Source of the DNA: an uncultured Gemmatimonadales bacterium
GTDB taxonomy: Bacteria; Gemmatimonadota; Gemmatimonadetes; Gemmatimonadales; GWC2-71-9
Reading direction: 5' to 3'
DNA length: 64,000 nucleotides
Assembly: GCA_963828735.1 (NCBI GenBank)
Contig: CAWHFW010000002.1
Span: forward strand, 160,001 to 224,000
In this document: positions 21,108-32,965 of the stretch, piece by piece
How positions within the stretch are numbered: position 1 is the first letter of the stretch
Layout of the letters: each line of letters begins with the position of its first letter
Translations under genes and position numbers: made by a program
The notes under the pieces: model-generated
The model's input: only the letters and a program-made list of their open reading frames with translations
Database searches by the model: none
What the model was told of the DNA's origin: nothing

Positions 21108-22139
21108 TCAGGGACGGCCGAACCGAACGCCGGTGTCACCCCGGCGGATCTCACCCATGGTCCAGGTCTCGACGCCGGCGGCCGTGGCGGCCTGCCTCGC
21201 GGCGTCGACCGCCTCCTGGGGCAGGACCGCGATCAGGCCCACGCCGAGGTTGAATACTTCGCGCATCTCGTCGGTCGAGATCCCGCCGCCCTGTTGCAGC
21301 GCGGCGAAGAGTGGTGGCAGTGACCACGCGCTCGGATCCACGATCGCTTCGCACCCGCGCGGGAGGACGCGGACCAGGTTGCCCGCGATGCCGCCGCCGG
21401 TGATGTGCGCGAGGCCGTGCATGCGCCGGATGACGGGCATGACGCTGGTCACGTAGCTCTGGTGCACGGCCAGTAGCGCGTCGGCCACGCTCCGGCCCGT
21501 TTTGCCCAGGCGATCGTCGAGCCCGAGCCCCATCTTCTCGAAGACGATGCGGCGCGCGAGCGTGTACCCGTTGGTGTGGAGGCCGGTGGACGCATAGCCG
21601 AGGAGCACGTCGCCGGGCGCGATGGCGTCGCCGTGGAGAGCCTCGTCCTCCTCCACCACACCGATGATCGTCCCGGCGAGATCGTAGGTTCCCGGCTGGT
21701 AGAGGCCCGGCATCTGGGCCGTCTCGCCGCCCGCGAGCGCCATCCCGTGAAGACGGCAGCCGCGCGCGATGCCCTCCACCAGCCCCGCGATCTGCTCGAC
21801 GCCGAGCCCCGAGCCGGCGATGTAGTCCATGAACGCGATGGGCGTCGCCCCGTGGACCAGGATGTCGTTCGCGCTGTGGTTGACGAGGTCCTCGCCCACC
21901 GTGTCGAACCGTCCGGCCTCGAGCGCCACGAGCACCTTGGTGCCCACGCCGTCGGTGCTGAGCACGAGCGTGGGCTTCCGCATGCCCGCGGGCACCCGGA
22001 CCATCCCGCCGAAGGCGCCGACCTTCCCCACCGAGAGGGGCGTCCGCGTGCCGGCCACGGCCGTACCGATCCGCGCCTTCGCCTCGTCCGCCTTCGCCAG
22101 GTCGACGCCGGCCGCGGCGTACTCGCCCGCGGGCGTCAC
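21108..22139 (-). CDS. purM: Phosphoribosylaminoimidazole (AIR) synthetase
   Basis: YAAAGVD, STDGVGTK, GGETAQMPG, GLHTNGY, AHITGGG. Confidence 0.95.
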   Translation of the reverse strand: MTPAGEYAAAGVDLAKADEAKARIGTAVAGTRTPLSVGKVGAFGGMVRVPAGMRKPTLVLSTDGVGTKVLVALEAGRFDTVGEDLVNHSANDILVHGATPIAFMDYIAGSGLGVEQIAGLVEGIARGCRLHGMALAGGETAQMPGLYQPGTYDLAGTIIGVVEEDEALHGDAIAPGDVLLGYASTGLHTNGYTLARRIVFEKMGLGLDDRLGKTGRSVADALLAVHQSYVTSVMPVIRRMHGLAHITGGGIAGNLVRVLPRGCEAIVDPSAWSLPPLFAALQQGGGISTDEMREVFNLGVGLIAVLPQEAVDAARQAATAAGVETWTMGEIRRGDTGVRFGRP

Positions 22140-23056
22140 GCGAGCGCCTCCGCGAGGCTCACGTGCGTCAGGTCCTCGAATGCGGCGACCCGTGCCGCGA
22201 CGTCGGCGAGCGTCACGTGCTCGAAGCCCCGGATGCCGAACTGCTCGACCGCGTAGGAGCCCATGGTCGCGCCGACCACCATGGCCCGGCGGATGTGATC
22301 GTCGGACACCGAGCCCGCGCGCGCGAGGTAGGCCATGAAGCCGCCGGCGAACGCGTCGCCGGCGCCGGTGGGGTCGAACACGTTCTCGAGCGGAAACGCG
22401 GGCACGTAGAAGGTGCGCGTCGGCTCAATCAGAAGCGCGCCGTGCTCGCCCTGCTTGATGACCACCCTCTTGGGCCCATGGGCCAGAATCCAGCGCCCCG
22501 CCCGATGAATGTTCCAGTCGCCGCTCAGCTCGCGTGCCTCGGTGTCGTTCACCATCAGCACGTCGACCTTCCCGAGGAGCTCCATCAGGGCGGTCTTCTT
22601 GCTCTGGATCCAGTAGTTCATCGTATCGCACACGACGAGCGAGGGTCGCGTCACCTGGCCCAGGACGCCGAGCTGCAGCTCGGGATCGATGTTGCCGAGA
22701 AAAAGGAACTTGGCCGAGCGAAAGGTCTCGGGAAGCTTGGGCTGAAAGTCGGCGAACACGCCGAGCCGGGTCTCGAGCGTCTCGCGGCTCTGGAGGTCGT
22801 AGGAGTACTTCCCCTTCCACCGGAAGCTCTCGCCGTCCGCGCGCTCGACGCCGCTCCAATCGATCCCGCGTTCCCCGAGACGCTCGAGCTCGGCGACCGG
22901 GTAGTCCTTGCCGACCACGCCGACCACCTGCACCGGGTGCAGCAGCGAGCCGGCCACGCTGAAGTACACCGCGGACCCCCCGAGCGCGTCGGCCGTCTCG
23001 CCGAACGGCGTGAAGATCGAGTCGAGCGCGATGCTGCCGACGACGAGCAGGCTCAT
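22136..23056 (-). CDS. PfkB/ribokinase-family carbohydrate or nucleoside kinase
   Basis: N-terminal LGGSA and C-terminal DPTGAGDAFAGG signatures. Confidence 0.9.
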   Translation of the reverse strand: MSLLVVGSIALDSIFTPFGETADALGGSAVYFSVAGSLLHPVQVVGVVGKDYPVAELERLGERGIDWSGVERADGESFRWKGKYSYDLQSRETLETRLGVFADFQPKLPETFRSAKFLFLGNIDPELQLGVLGQVTRPSLVVCDTMNYWIQSKKTALMELLGKVDVLMVNDTEARELSGDWNIHRAGRWILAHGPKRVVIKQGEHGALLIEPTRTFYVPAFPLENVFDPTGAGDAFAGGFMAYLARAGSVSDDHIRRAMVVGATMGSYAVEQFGIRGFEHVTLADVAARVAAFEDLTHVSLAEALA

Positions 23057-23060
23057 CAGG

Positions 23061-24704
23061 TCACATCCGGTCCGGAGCGGTGATGCCCAGGAGGGCGAGC
23101 GCGTTCGCCAGCACGATGCGGGCCGCGCGGGCGAGCAGGAGGCGAGCCTGCTCCGTCGCGGGCCCCTCGGGCGCGCCGACGGCGCGGGTGTGATGGTACC
23201 AGCCGTGCACGGCGGTGGCCAGCTCGTGGAGATACACGGTGATGCGGTGGGGCTCGCGCTCGCGCGCGGCCTTGTCGGCCACTTCGGGAAACGTCGCGAG
23301 CTTCTTGAGCAGCTCGACGTCCTGCGGCGCGGAGAGCGCGGCGAGGTCGAGCGCGCCCTCGACGCTTTCGGGCGCCCGCTCGGCGGTGCGGAAGATGCCG
23401 CTCAGGCGCGCGTGCGCCATCTGGACGTAGAAGACCGGGTTCTCGTCGGTCTGCCGCTTGGCGAGGTCCACGTCGAAGTCGAGCGGGCTCGCGCCCTTGC
23501 GCATGAGGAAAAAGTAGCGCGCCGCGTCCACGCCGACCTCTTCATAGAGGTCGCGCAGGGTGACGAACTCCCCGCTTCGCTTCGACATCTTCACCTCTTC
23601 CCCGCCCCGCACCACCTTGACCAGCTGCACCAGCGCGACGTCGAAGAACTCCGGCGGATAGCCGAGTGCCGCGAGCACCGCGCGCATGCGGGGGATGTAG
23701 CCGTGGTGATCGGCGCCCCACACGTCGATCACCCGATCGAAGCCGCGATCGTGCTTGTCGATGTGATAGGCGATGTCGGGGACGAGGTAGGTGAAGCTGC
23801 CGTCACCCTTGCGCAGCACGCGGTCCTTGTCGTCGCCGAAATCGGTGGTCCGGAGCCACAGGGCGCCCTCGGCCTCGAATGTCAGGCCGCGCGCCGCGAG
23901 CAGCTCGAGGGCGCGCTCGACGCGGCCCGAGTCGTAGATGGACTGCTCCGACGACATGACCCCGAAGCGGACGCCGAAGTCCGCGAGGTCCTGGTCCTGC
24001 TCCTTTCGCTGGATGACAAGGGCCAGCGCGCGGCACCGTTGGATCCCCTCGTCGGCCGGCAACTCGGCGAACCCGGGACCTTCGCGCGTGAGCACGTCGC
24101 GCGCATTCTCGCGCAGGTACTCGCCGTGGTAGCCGCCCTCGGGAATCGCCGAGGGGTGACCCGCGAGCTCGCGCACGCGCGCCCACAGGCTCGCGGCCAG
24201 GCGGTCGATCTGGACCCCGGCATCGTTGACGTAGAACTCGCGGGTGACCGCGTGCCCGGTCCACTCGAGCAGTGCGGCAATTCCGTCGCCAAGGGCGGCC
24301 CCGCGGCCATGACCCACGTGGAGTGGGCCGGTCGGATTGGCAGAGACGAACTCCACGTTGACCTTGAGGCCCGCTCCGGCGGTGGAGCGTCCGTACGACG
24401 GACCCTGCTCGAGGATGGCGCGGTGGACGGCGGCGAGCTGATCCTGGGCCAGCCAGAAGTTGATGAAGCCGGGCCCGGCGATCTCGGTGCGCTCGATCAG
24501 GTCGGGCCCGAGGTGCAGCTCGGCCAGCACCCGCTCGGCGGTCTTGCGAGGGTTGGTGCGCTCGCGCTTGGCGAGGACCATGGCGAGGTTGGTGGCCAGG
24601 TCGCCATGGCCCGCGTCGCGCGGGCGCTCGAGCACGAACTCGACCCCGTCGGCGCCGAGCCGCGAGGCCACCCTCGCGAGCTCGGCGCGGAGCACCTCAC
24701 TCAC
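23061..24704 (-). CDS. argS: Arginine--tRNA ligase
   Basis: GPGFINF, EFVSANPTGPLHVGHGR, KMSKRSG, NPVFYVQMAHAR. GTG 24704 overlaps the FmdB stop. Confidence 0.95.
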   Translation of the reverse strand: MSEVLRAELARVASRLGADGVEFVLERPRDAGHGDLATNLAMVLAKRERTNPRKTAERVLAELHLGPDLIERTEIAGPGFINFWLAQDQLAAVHRAILEQGPSYGRSTAGAGLKVNVEFVSANPTGPLHVGHGRGAALGDGIAALLEWTGHAVTREFYVNDAGVQIDRLAASLWARVRELAGHPSAIPEGGYHGEYLRENARDVLTREGPGFAELPADEGIQRCRALALVIQRKEQDQDLADFGVRFGVMSSEQSIYDSGRVERALELLAARGLTFEAEGALWLRTTDFGDDKDRVLRKGDGSFTYLVPDIAYHIDKHDRGFDRVIDVWGADHHGYIPRMRAVLAALGYPPEFFDVALVQLVKVVRGGEEVKMSKRSGEFVTLRDLYEEVGVDAARYFFLMRKGASPLDFDVDLAKRQTDENPVFYVQMAHARLSGIFRTAERAPESVEGALDLAALSAPQDVELLKKLATFPEVADKAAREREPHRITVYLHELATAVHGWYHHTRAVGAPEGPATEQARLLLARAARIVLANALALLGITAPDRM

Positions 24705-25030
24705 TCGGACGCGGCCTTCTTCGCCGGCTTCTCGCCCTTCGAGTCCGGCTTGGCCGCTGGCTTGGCGTCCGGCTTCTCGGCCTTGGCGGAGCCGTCCGGC
24801 TTCGCCTCGGCGGCAGGCTTCTCGGATTCCGCCTTGCGCGGCCCCTTGCCGTCCTTGCCGTAGTCGGTGATGTAGAATCCGCTGCCCTTGAACACGAGAC
24901 CCGCACCGCCCGAAATCTTTCGGGTGGCCGGTTTGCCGCATACCGGACATCTGGCGCGCGGCTTCTCGGTCATCTTCTGGAACTTCTCGAACGCGTGCCC
25001 TTCAGGGCACTCGTACTCATAGGTCGGCAT
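24701..25030 (-). CDS. FmdB-family zinc-ribbon protein with Lys/Pro/Ala-rich tail
   Basis: MPTYEYEC...CPVCG...FKGSGFYITDY. Confidence 0.9.
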   Translation of the reverse strand: MPTYEYECPEGHAFEKFQKMTEKPRARCPVCGKPATRKISGGAGLVFKGSGFYITDYGKDGKGPRKAESEKPAAEAKPDGSAKAEKPDAKPAAKPDSKGEKPAKKAASE

Positions 25031-25064
25031 CGACGCTCGCAGGGGTAAACGGAATCAGCTGCTA

Positions 25065-25093
25065 AAGTTAGCCGACTCGGGCGGGCTGCTCAA
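25065..25093 (-). promoter_or_regulatory. Putative sigma70 promoter for the fmdB-argS unit
   Basis: TTGAGC-17 nt-TAACTT on the minus strand, about 35 nt upstream of the ATG. Confidence 0.5.
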
Positions 25094-25234
25094 GTCCGCG
25101 AGGAGACTCTCCACAAGAGGGGCCAGTGAGCACGCGGCGACGCTCACCCTCGGGCGATCCCAAACGAGGCTCCGCGCCGCGGAGTCCCCGATGGGTCGAT
25201 CCGACGAGCCCGGAGCACGGTGCCTCGGCGGTGC

Positions 25235-26777
<1,543 letters not shown>

Positions 26778-26787
26778 CGTGCCCGCC

Positions 26788-27834
26788 TCACAGCGCCGGC
26801 TGCGAAACGGCGCCGCTTACCCGGGCGGAGGTAGACACCTTCCGGATCGTATCGGCCACGAAGCCGACGTCCTCACGGCTGCCGATCACGAGCGGCGTCC
26901 GCTGATGGAGCTCGGTGGGAACGATGTCGAGGATGCGGTTGGTGCCGTCGGTGGCGCTGCCCTCGGCCTGCTCGGCGATGAAGGCCATGGGGCTCGCCTC
27001 GTACATCAGCCGGAGCTTGCCGCTCGAGTTCTTGGTGTCGGCGGGATAGAGAAAGACCCCACCGCTGATGAGGTTGCGGTGGAAGTCCGCGACCAGCGAG
27101 CCGATGTACCGGCTGTTCTTCGGCTTGAGACCGTCGGGAATGTCGCCCTTGAGGCCGCGCACGGCGATCTGGACCGCGCGGTCCCACCGGCCGAAGTTGC
27201 TCTCGTTGACGCTGTAGTACTGGCCTACTCTCGGCGTCACGATGCGCTCGTGGGAGAGCAGGAACTCCCCGATTGTGGGATCGAGTGTGAATCCATGCAC
27301 GCCCTGACCCGTCGTGTAGACCAGCATGGTGCTCGAGCCGTACATCACGTACCCGGCGGCCACCTGCTGACAGCCGGGCTGGAGCACGTCCGCCTTGGTG
27401 CCGCGTCCCTGGAGGCTGAGGCGGCGATGAATGCTGAAGATGGTGCCGACCGCGGAATTGACGTCGATGTTGGAGGAGCCGTCCAGCGGATCGAACAGGA
27501 CCGCGTACTTGCCGACCGGCGAGTCAGGCGGGACCGGAATGATGTCCTCGTCCTCCTCGCTGCCCATGACGCAGACCCGCCCGGTGTGCTGGAGACAGTT
27601 CTTGATGGTCTCGTTGGCCAGCACATCGAGCTTCTGCTGCTCTTCGCCCTGGACGTTGCGGCGGCCCTGCGCGCCCAGGATGTTGACCAGGCCGGCGCGG
27701 CGGATCGCGGCCGCGATGATCTTGGCGGCGAGCGCGATGTCGTACAGCAGATTCGACAGCTCTCCCGTCGCCTCGGGGTATCGATTTTCCTGGTCGAGGA
27801 TGAACCGCTCGATGGTCGTGACCGACGTTTGCAC
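26788..27834 (-). CDS. fbp: Fructose-1,6-bisphosphatase class 1
   Basis: [31 protein letters not shown]. Confidence 0.95.
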   Translation of the reverse strand: MQTSVTTIERFILDQENRYPEATGELSNLLYDIALAAKIIAAAIRRAGLVNILGAQGRRNVQGEEQQKLDVLANETIKNCLQHTGRVCVMGSEEDEDIIPVPPDSPVGKYAVLFDPLDGSSNIDVNSAVGTIFSIHRRLSLQGRGTKADVLQPGCQQVAAGYVMYGSSTMLVYTTGQGVHGFTLDPTIGEFLLSHERIVTPRVGQYYSVNESNFGRWDRAVQIAVRGLKGDIPDGLKPKNSRYIGSLVADFHRNLISGGVFLYPADTKNSSGKLRLMYEASPMAFIAEQAEGSATDGTNRILDIVPTELHQRTPLVIGSREDVGFVADTIRKVSTSARVSGAVSQPAL

Positions 27835-27862
27835 GAAACCCCCGGGATGTCTGGAGTGAACG

Positions 27863-30106
27863 TCACCGCACGTCGTAGCTGTTCGTTCCCTCGCGCGAGT
27901 ACACCGTCATGCGCCGGCCGTCCGTCACCACCGTCACCGTGCCCTCGCGGTCGGTCCGGTGCACGGCCACCTCGTGGACGCGGAGCCGCGCCAGGGTGGC
28001 GGGTGCCGGATGGCCGTAGTCGTTTCGGCCCACCGAAATGATTGCTACCGTCGGGGCGAGCGCGCCGAGCCACGCGTCGCCGGTGCTCCATCGACTGCCG
28101 TGATGTCCGACCTTCAGCAGATCCACCCGTCGAAGCCGCCCGGCCATGGCCGATTCGGCGGGAAAGCCGGCGTCGCCCGCGAAGAGCGCCTGGAAATCGC
28201 CGTACTCCACCAGGAGCACGAGCGAGTCCTCGTTGACGTCCTCGTTCCACTCGGGCCACCCCGGCGTGGGGTGGAGCACCGTGAACTGGACGCCGTCGAG
28301 AGTGAACCGCTCGCCCGTACGCGCGGGGTGCCACGGGATGCCGTCGGCCAGCAGGCGATCGAGAAACCCGGTGTACCGCGGGTCGGCGACGTCCGCGCCG
28401 GGCTCAACGACGAGTCCCGTGCGAACCCGGGCCATCACGGACGGCAGGCCGCCCAGATGATCGGCGTGGGCGTGGGAGACGACGGCGAGGGCGAGCGACC
28501 GGGCGCCGTGGCGTTGAAGGAACGGCGCGACCACGCGTCGCCCGGCATCGGCCCCTTCGCCCGCGGGCCCGGCATCCACCAGCAGCCAATGTCCAGCGGG
28601 AGTCCGGAGGGCCGCGGCATCCCCCTGCCCGACGTCGAGAAAATGTAACGTGAGGCTCCCGTCGCCGTCAGTCGCGCGCAACAGGGGCGTTCGCGCGAGA
28701 CCCGCCCAGAGCAGGACCGTCACGACCCAGCCCGTGCGACGTGCCGCCTCGCGCAGGGTCGTGTGCGGCTGCGTGATCCAGAGGCCTGCGGCGAGCGCGA
28801 ACACCCACGGCAGAGTGGCTGCCGGGTCGCCGGCCTCCATCAACTGGTGCCCTCCAGGCACAGCGGCGCCCGCCTGGGCGATGAGCTCGAGTGCGTGCAG
28901 CAGCAATCCGGCGCCGGCCGCGAACGGCCGGGCCAGCGGCGCCGCGACGGGCTGCAGCACGAGGCTCGCGAGAACGCCGGGCACCGCGACGGCGGCGATG
29001 GGGATGGCCGCGAAGTTGAGGGCGATGCCCACTGGAGCGACGGTACCGAGTGCCCAGGCGGTGATCGGCGCGGTCGCAAGGGTCGCGCCGATCGACGAGC
29101 CGAGGGTGCGCCAGCCGAAGCTCCCGCCGAGCACGGCGTCGGACCAGCGGCTGAACCGCATGGAGCCCCAGAGCGCCGCGGCGGACAGCCAGCCGCCGAG
29201 ATCGAGGACGGCCCATGGATCGATCAACAGCACCGCGAGGCAGGTGGCCGCGAGCAGCTCCTCCGCACGCACATGCCGCTGGCGTACCCGACATCGAGCA
29301 AGGAGCAGCGCGAGCGCCGCGGCCCGCGTCGCCGGCGCCTGCCAGCCGAGGAAGCCGACATAGGCGCTACTCATCACCGCCGCGACGATCAGCGCCGCGT
29401 CGCGTCGCACCCCCGCCAGCCTCGTGATCAGGAAGATCCAGCCCCCGATCAGCCCGACGTGGAATCCCGAGATCGAGAGCAGGTGTACCAACCCCGACTG
29501 GGCGAACCGATCCTGCAGGTCGGGATCGATGCCCCCTCGGCGGCCGAGCATCAGCGCATCGACGAACGCCGCGCGGGAGCCGTAAAGCTCGTGACTCGCG
29601 CGAGCGAGGATGGTCTGGAGTCGGGCCCCCGGACTCGGGTGACCCGTGGCGCTGTCGGCGCCACGGATCACGAGGATCCCGTCCGCGCGCCCCGCGACAC
29701 CGGCCCTCGGGATCCAGACCGCCTCGACGCGATCGTCGAGCCCGGCGTCGACGGCGGTGCCGGCTGGCCAGCGGGCGGCCACCTCGCCGGTACACCGGGC
29801 CGCGAGCGGCGCCACCTGGACCCGGCCCCCCACGGCGTCGACCGGCTCGGTGAGGCGAACCCGCAGCTGCACGCGTCCCGGCGGAAGGCGCGTGGTGCAC
29901 CGATCCCGGTCCGCCCTCAGAGCCAGCTCGCCGCTGGCCCGGCCGAGCGCCGACCCCGCGGCCAGGAGGAGCAGGAGTGGCCGCCTGCTCAGCGCGCCCG
30001 CGGCCAGGACCACCAGGGCGCCGAGCGGGTTCCCGAAACGCAAAAGGCCGGTCGCGAGACCGGCCCCGTAGGAGACCGTGAACAACAAGGCCGGCCGCGG
30101 CCTCAC
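27863..30106 (-). CDS. comEC: DNA internalization competence protein ComEC/Rec2
   Basis: [15 protein letters not shown] competence domain; [29 protein letters not shown] metallo-beta-lactamase domain. Confidence 0.92.
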   Translation of the reverse strand: MRPRPALLFTVSYGAGLATGLLRFGNPLGALVVLAAGALSRRPLLLLLAAGSALGRASGELALRADRDRCTTRLPPGRVQLRVRLTEPVDAVGGRVQVAPLAARCTGEVAARWPAGTAVDAGLDDRVEAVWIPRAGVAGRADGILVIRGADSATGHPSPGARLQTILARASHELYGSRAAFVDALMLGRRGGIDPDLQDRFAQSGLVHLLSISGFHVGLIGGWIFLITRLAGVRRDAALIVAAVMSSAYVGFLGWQAPATRAAALALLLARCRVRQRHVRAEELLAATCLAVLLIDPWAVLDLGGWLSAAALWGSMRFSRWSDAVLGGSFGWRTLGSSIGATLATAPITAWALGTVAPVGIALNFAAIPIAAVAVPGVLASLVLQPVAAPLARPFAAGAGLLLHALELIAQAGAAVPGGHQLMEAGDPAATLPWVFALAAGLWITQPHTTLREAARRTGWVVTVLLWAGLARTPLLRATDGDGSLTLHFLDVGQGDAAALRTPAGHWLLVDAGPAGEGADAGRRVVAPFLQRHGARSLALAVVSHAHADHLGGLPSVMARVRTGLVVEPGADVADPRYTGFLDRLLADGIPWHPARTGERFTLDGVQFTVLHPTPGWPEWNEDVNEDSLVLLVEYGDFQALFAGDAGFPAESAMAGRLRRVDLLKVGHHGSRWSTGDAWLGALAPTVAIISVGRNDYGHPAPATLARLRVHEVAVHRTDREGTVTVVTDGRRMTVYSREGTNSYDVR

Positions 30107-30122
30107 CGCGACCCGGGGAGGC

Positions 30123-30410
30123 TCAGAGCTGTCGCGTGCGACCCTTGGCGCCGCAACGCGGCGCCTGCGAGATCTTCCGCAGGCCGTCCATCATCGCCAC
30201 GTCGATCGCCGCGCGACTCTGGTCCTTCTCGAGACTCACCTCGGTCATCACCGAGCCCTGCCGGCTCGCGACATAGCGTGGCGGCACGCGGTTCAGCGCG
30301 TACACCATGGCGTCCTCGCGGCACACATCGCAGCCGCAGAACTCGGGGAAACGCGGCCGAAGCGATTCGTACGAGGCGCGGACGTGCTCCTCGACCAGAT
30401 TGTGAATCAC
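30123..30410 (-). CDS. comFB: ComFB-family protein
   Basis: HNLVEEHV...CGCDVCREDAMVYALNRVPPRYV...PRC. GTG overlaps the miaB stop; buried in a longer ORF of the track. Confidence 0.8.
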   Translation of the reverse strand: MIHNLVEEHVRASYESLRPRFPEFCGCDVCREDAMVYALNRVPPRYVASRQGSVMTEVSLEKDQSRAAIDVAMMDGLRKISQAPRCGAKGRTRQL

Positions 30411-31717
30411 AGGACCGCCAGGGCCGGCGCCACGACGGCGCCGGTGAACGTCGAGCCCGTGGTGCCGGTGAGCCGACAGGTATGGTATTCGCCGATCGCG
30501 GCACCGGGCAGGTCGAGGAGGACGAGGTGATTGCCCCGGGTCCGGCCGAGCATGAGATCGCCGCGCCGGGCGGGGCGCTCCACCAGCACCTCGTGCGTCT
30601 GGCCGACCCGGGCGGCATTCTTCCGGCGGGCGTTCGCGCGGACCACCTCGATGAGACGGGCCAGCCGGGCGGACGCCACGTCGTCGCCGACGTGATCGCG
30701 CAGGCGCACCGCCGGCGTGCCGTCGCGCACGGAATACTTGAAGGTGTAGGCGTCGTCGAAGTCGGCATCGGTGACGAGGCTCAGCGTCTCCTCGAATTGC
30801 TCGTCCGTCTCGCCCGGGAAGCCGACGATGATGTCGGTGGAGATGGTGATGCCCGGCACGGCCGCGCGCAGCTCGGCGACGACGTCGAGATAGCGCTCGC
30901 GCGTGTAACGGCGCAGCATCCGGCGGAGGACCGCGTTCGAGCCGCTCTGCACCGGCAGATGCACGTGCTCGCACACCGCCGCCGTGGTGGCCATCGCTTC
31001 GATGACCCGGGGGGTGAACTCCGTCGGATACGGACTCGTGAACCGGACCCGCTGGATGCCGTCAATGCCGCCGACCGCCCGGAGCAGGTCGGCGAAGTCG
31101 CTCGCACCGTCGTGGTAGCTGTTGACCGTCTGACCGAGCAGCGTCACCTCGGTGGTGCCGTCCAGGGCAAGGCCGGCCACCTCGCGCACGACGTCCTCCA
31201 GCCGCCGGCTCCGCTCCGGTCCGCGCGTGTGCGGGACGATGCAGAAGGTACAGCGGTAATCGCACCCACGCTGTACCGTGACGAACGCCGTCGGTCCTTT
31301 TCCGCGCACCGGCGGGACATCCTCGTAGTGCTCCCACTCGCGGAAGCCGGTGTCGGTCGCGCGCTGGCCGCTCTCGGCGAGGCCGATGAGCTCGGGGAGG
31401 TTGCGGTACGCGTCCGGGCCGACGACCAGGTCTACCCGGGGTACGCGCTCGAGCAGCACGGGGCCGAGTCGCTGCGCCATGCAGCCAACCACGCCAAGCA
31501 CGTCGCCAGGACGCTTGTGGCGCTGGAGCTCGCCCATGCGGCCGATCACGCGCTGCTCGGCGTTGTCCCGAACGGCGCAGGTGTTGACCAGCATGACGTC
31601 GGCGTCGGCCGGATCGTCGGCGCGGACGTAGCCCGCCCGATCCAGGAGCCCGAACATGAGCTCCGAGTCCGCCACGTTCATCTGGCAGCCGTACGTTTCG
31701 ATATAGACGCGCTTCAT
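30407..31717 (-). CDS. miaB: tRNA-i6A37 methylthiotransferase
   Basis: TYGCQMN, NTCAVR, radical-SAM CDYRCTFC, C-terminal TRAM domain. Confidence 0.95.
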   Translation of the reverse strand: MKRVYIETYGCQMNVADSELMFGLLDRAGYVRADDPADADVMLVNTCAVRDNAEQRVIGRMGELQRHKRPGDVLGVVGCMAQRLGPVLLERVPRVDLVVGPDAYRNLPELIGLAESGQRATDTGFREWEHYEDVPPVRGKGPTAFVTVQRGCDYRCTFCIVPHTRGPERSRRLEDVVREVAGLALDGTTEVTLLGQTVNSYHDGASDFADLLRAVGGIDGIQRVRFTSPYPTEFTPRVIEAMATTAAVCEHVHLPVQSGSNAVLRRMLRRYTRERYLDVVAELRAAVPGITISTDIIVGFPGETDEQFEETLSLVTDADFDDAYTFKYSVRDGTPAVRLRDHVGDDVASARLARLIEVVRANARRKNAARVGQTHEVLVERPARRGDLMLGRTRGNHLVLLDLPGAAIGEYHTCRLTGTTGSTFTGAVVAPALAVL

Positions 31718-31828
31718 GATCCCGTTGAGAAGAAATGGGCCGGCCGTTCACCAACGCTCGCGTCGGGCACGGCCCACGAGGAGGTCGTCGGTGGGCGCCG
31801 GGCCCCGCGCCCCCGAAACATACCTCGC

Positions 31829-32965
31829 CTACGGCCGCACCGTGACTCCAATGTTCAGCAGGAACGCCCGCTCCGAGTACGCCCCCGCCGCCCGCCAGAC
31901 GTGCTCAAGCCCGATGTCCATGCCGGCTCGGTCCTGCGCGAACCTCATCCCGCTGCCGATGGAGATCCCGAGCTCGCTGGGTTGCTCGCCGGGGACCAGC
32001 AGGAACGGAAGCGTCCCGTAGCGCGCGCCCAGTCGGAGCGGAACTCGGTTCGGCCGGCGAAGGTCCGACGCGAATTCGGCGCCCAGCGATACCTCCACCG
32101 TGTTGTCGGAGCCGACGCCGCCGATCGACTGCAGGTCGCTGTTCGCGCCGGACCAGGTCCGCACCAGCAGTTGGCTCCCGAGCTCGAGTCGAGCCTGCGG
32201 GTGCCAGCGGAGGCCCAGCCCGAAGGTATACGGCAGGTCCACGGTGCTGGTGCGGCTCGAATCGAGATCGACATTCGCGTGCCCGTCAGACCGAACCGTG
32301 GCCGCGACGCTGAATCCCGGCCCGAAGTTCCGGATCACTCCTACGTCGAACCCGACCCCGGCGTACGACAGCTCAGAGCTCTGGGTGGCGGCCTGGTAGG
32401 TCGTATCGGCGAACGCCCGACGAAACCGCAGGCGGTTGGAGCCGGTGATGATGTGGAAGGAGCCACCGAACAGCCAAACGTTTCCGGCGCGGTAGGCGCC
32501 CGCGAAGCGCAGGTCGCTCAAGCCGCCCCGCGAGGAGAAGGTGTCCCGCACCGGGACCAGGACGTCGCGCAGAATGATGGTGTCGCTGCTCGCCAGCGTG
32601 AAGTCACGGCTGGTATAGCTGCCGAAGCTGATGCCGAGGACGGCCGGAGCCTGTCGAACCGGACCGACGATCGATACGTAGGGAAAGCGGGTCTCGCGCA
32701 GCGACGCGGTGCCCGCCGGGTTCTCGACGTGCCGGAAATCCTGGAGCGACGTGAATTGGCCGGTCAGCGCGCCCACGCTGCCCAGGGCGGCCGGATTGAG
32801 GCCGGACGCTCCGTCGAACATCCCGAACGCGCCGCCGAGGGAAAAGGTGCGCACGCTGAGCGGCCGCCCCGGCATCCCGAGGCCCCGCACGCCGAACTGC
32901 GAGGACTGCGCGACCGCGCCAGCGGGCAGCAGCGCGAGGGCGAGGGCGATCAGAGCTCGGCGCAC
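31829..32965 (-). CDS. FadL-like outer-membrane beta-barrel (BamG-like candidate)
   Basis: Signal peptide, N-terminal GLG...SLGG...LNPAA hatch-like segment, amphipathic strands (GGLSDLRFAGAY, LPYTFGLGLRW, SLGAEF, LRLGARY). Confidence 0.75.
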   Translation of the reverse strand: MRRALIALALALLPAGAVAQSSQFGVRGLGMPGRPLSVRTFSLGGAFGMFDGASGLNPAALGSVGALTGQFTSLQDFRHVENPAGTASLRETRFPYVSIVGPVRQAPAVLGISFGSYTSRDFTLASSDTIILRDVLVPVRDTFSSRGGLSDLRFAGAYRAGNVWLFGGSFHIITGSNRLRFRRAFADTTYQAATQSSELSYAGVGFDVGVIRNFGPGFSVAATVRSDGHANVDLDSSRTSTVDLPYTFGLGLRWHPQARLELGSQLLVRTWSGANSDLQSIGGVGSDNTVEVSLGAEFASDLRRPNRVPLRLGARYGTLPFLLVPGEQPSELGISIGSGMRFAQDRAGMDIGLEHVWRAAGAYSERAFLLNIGVTVRP

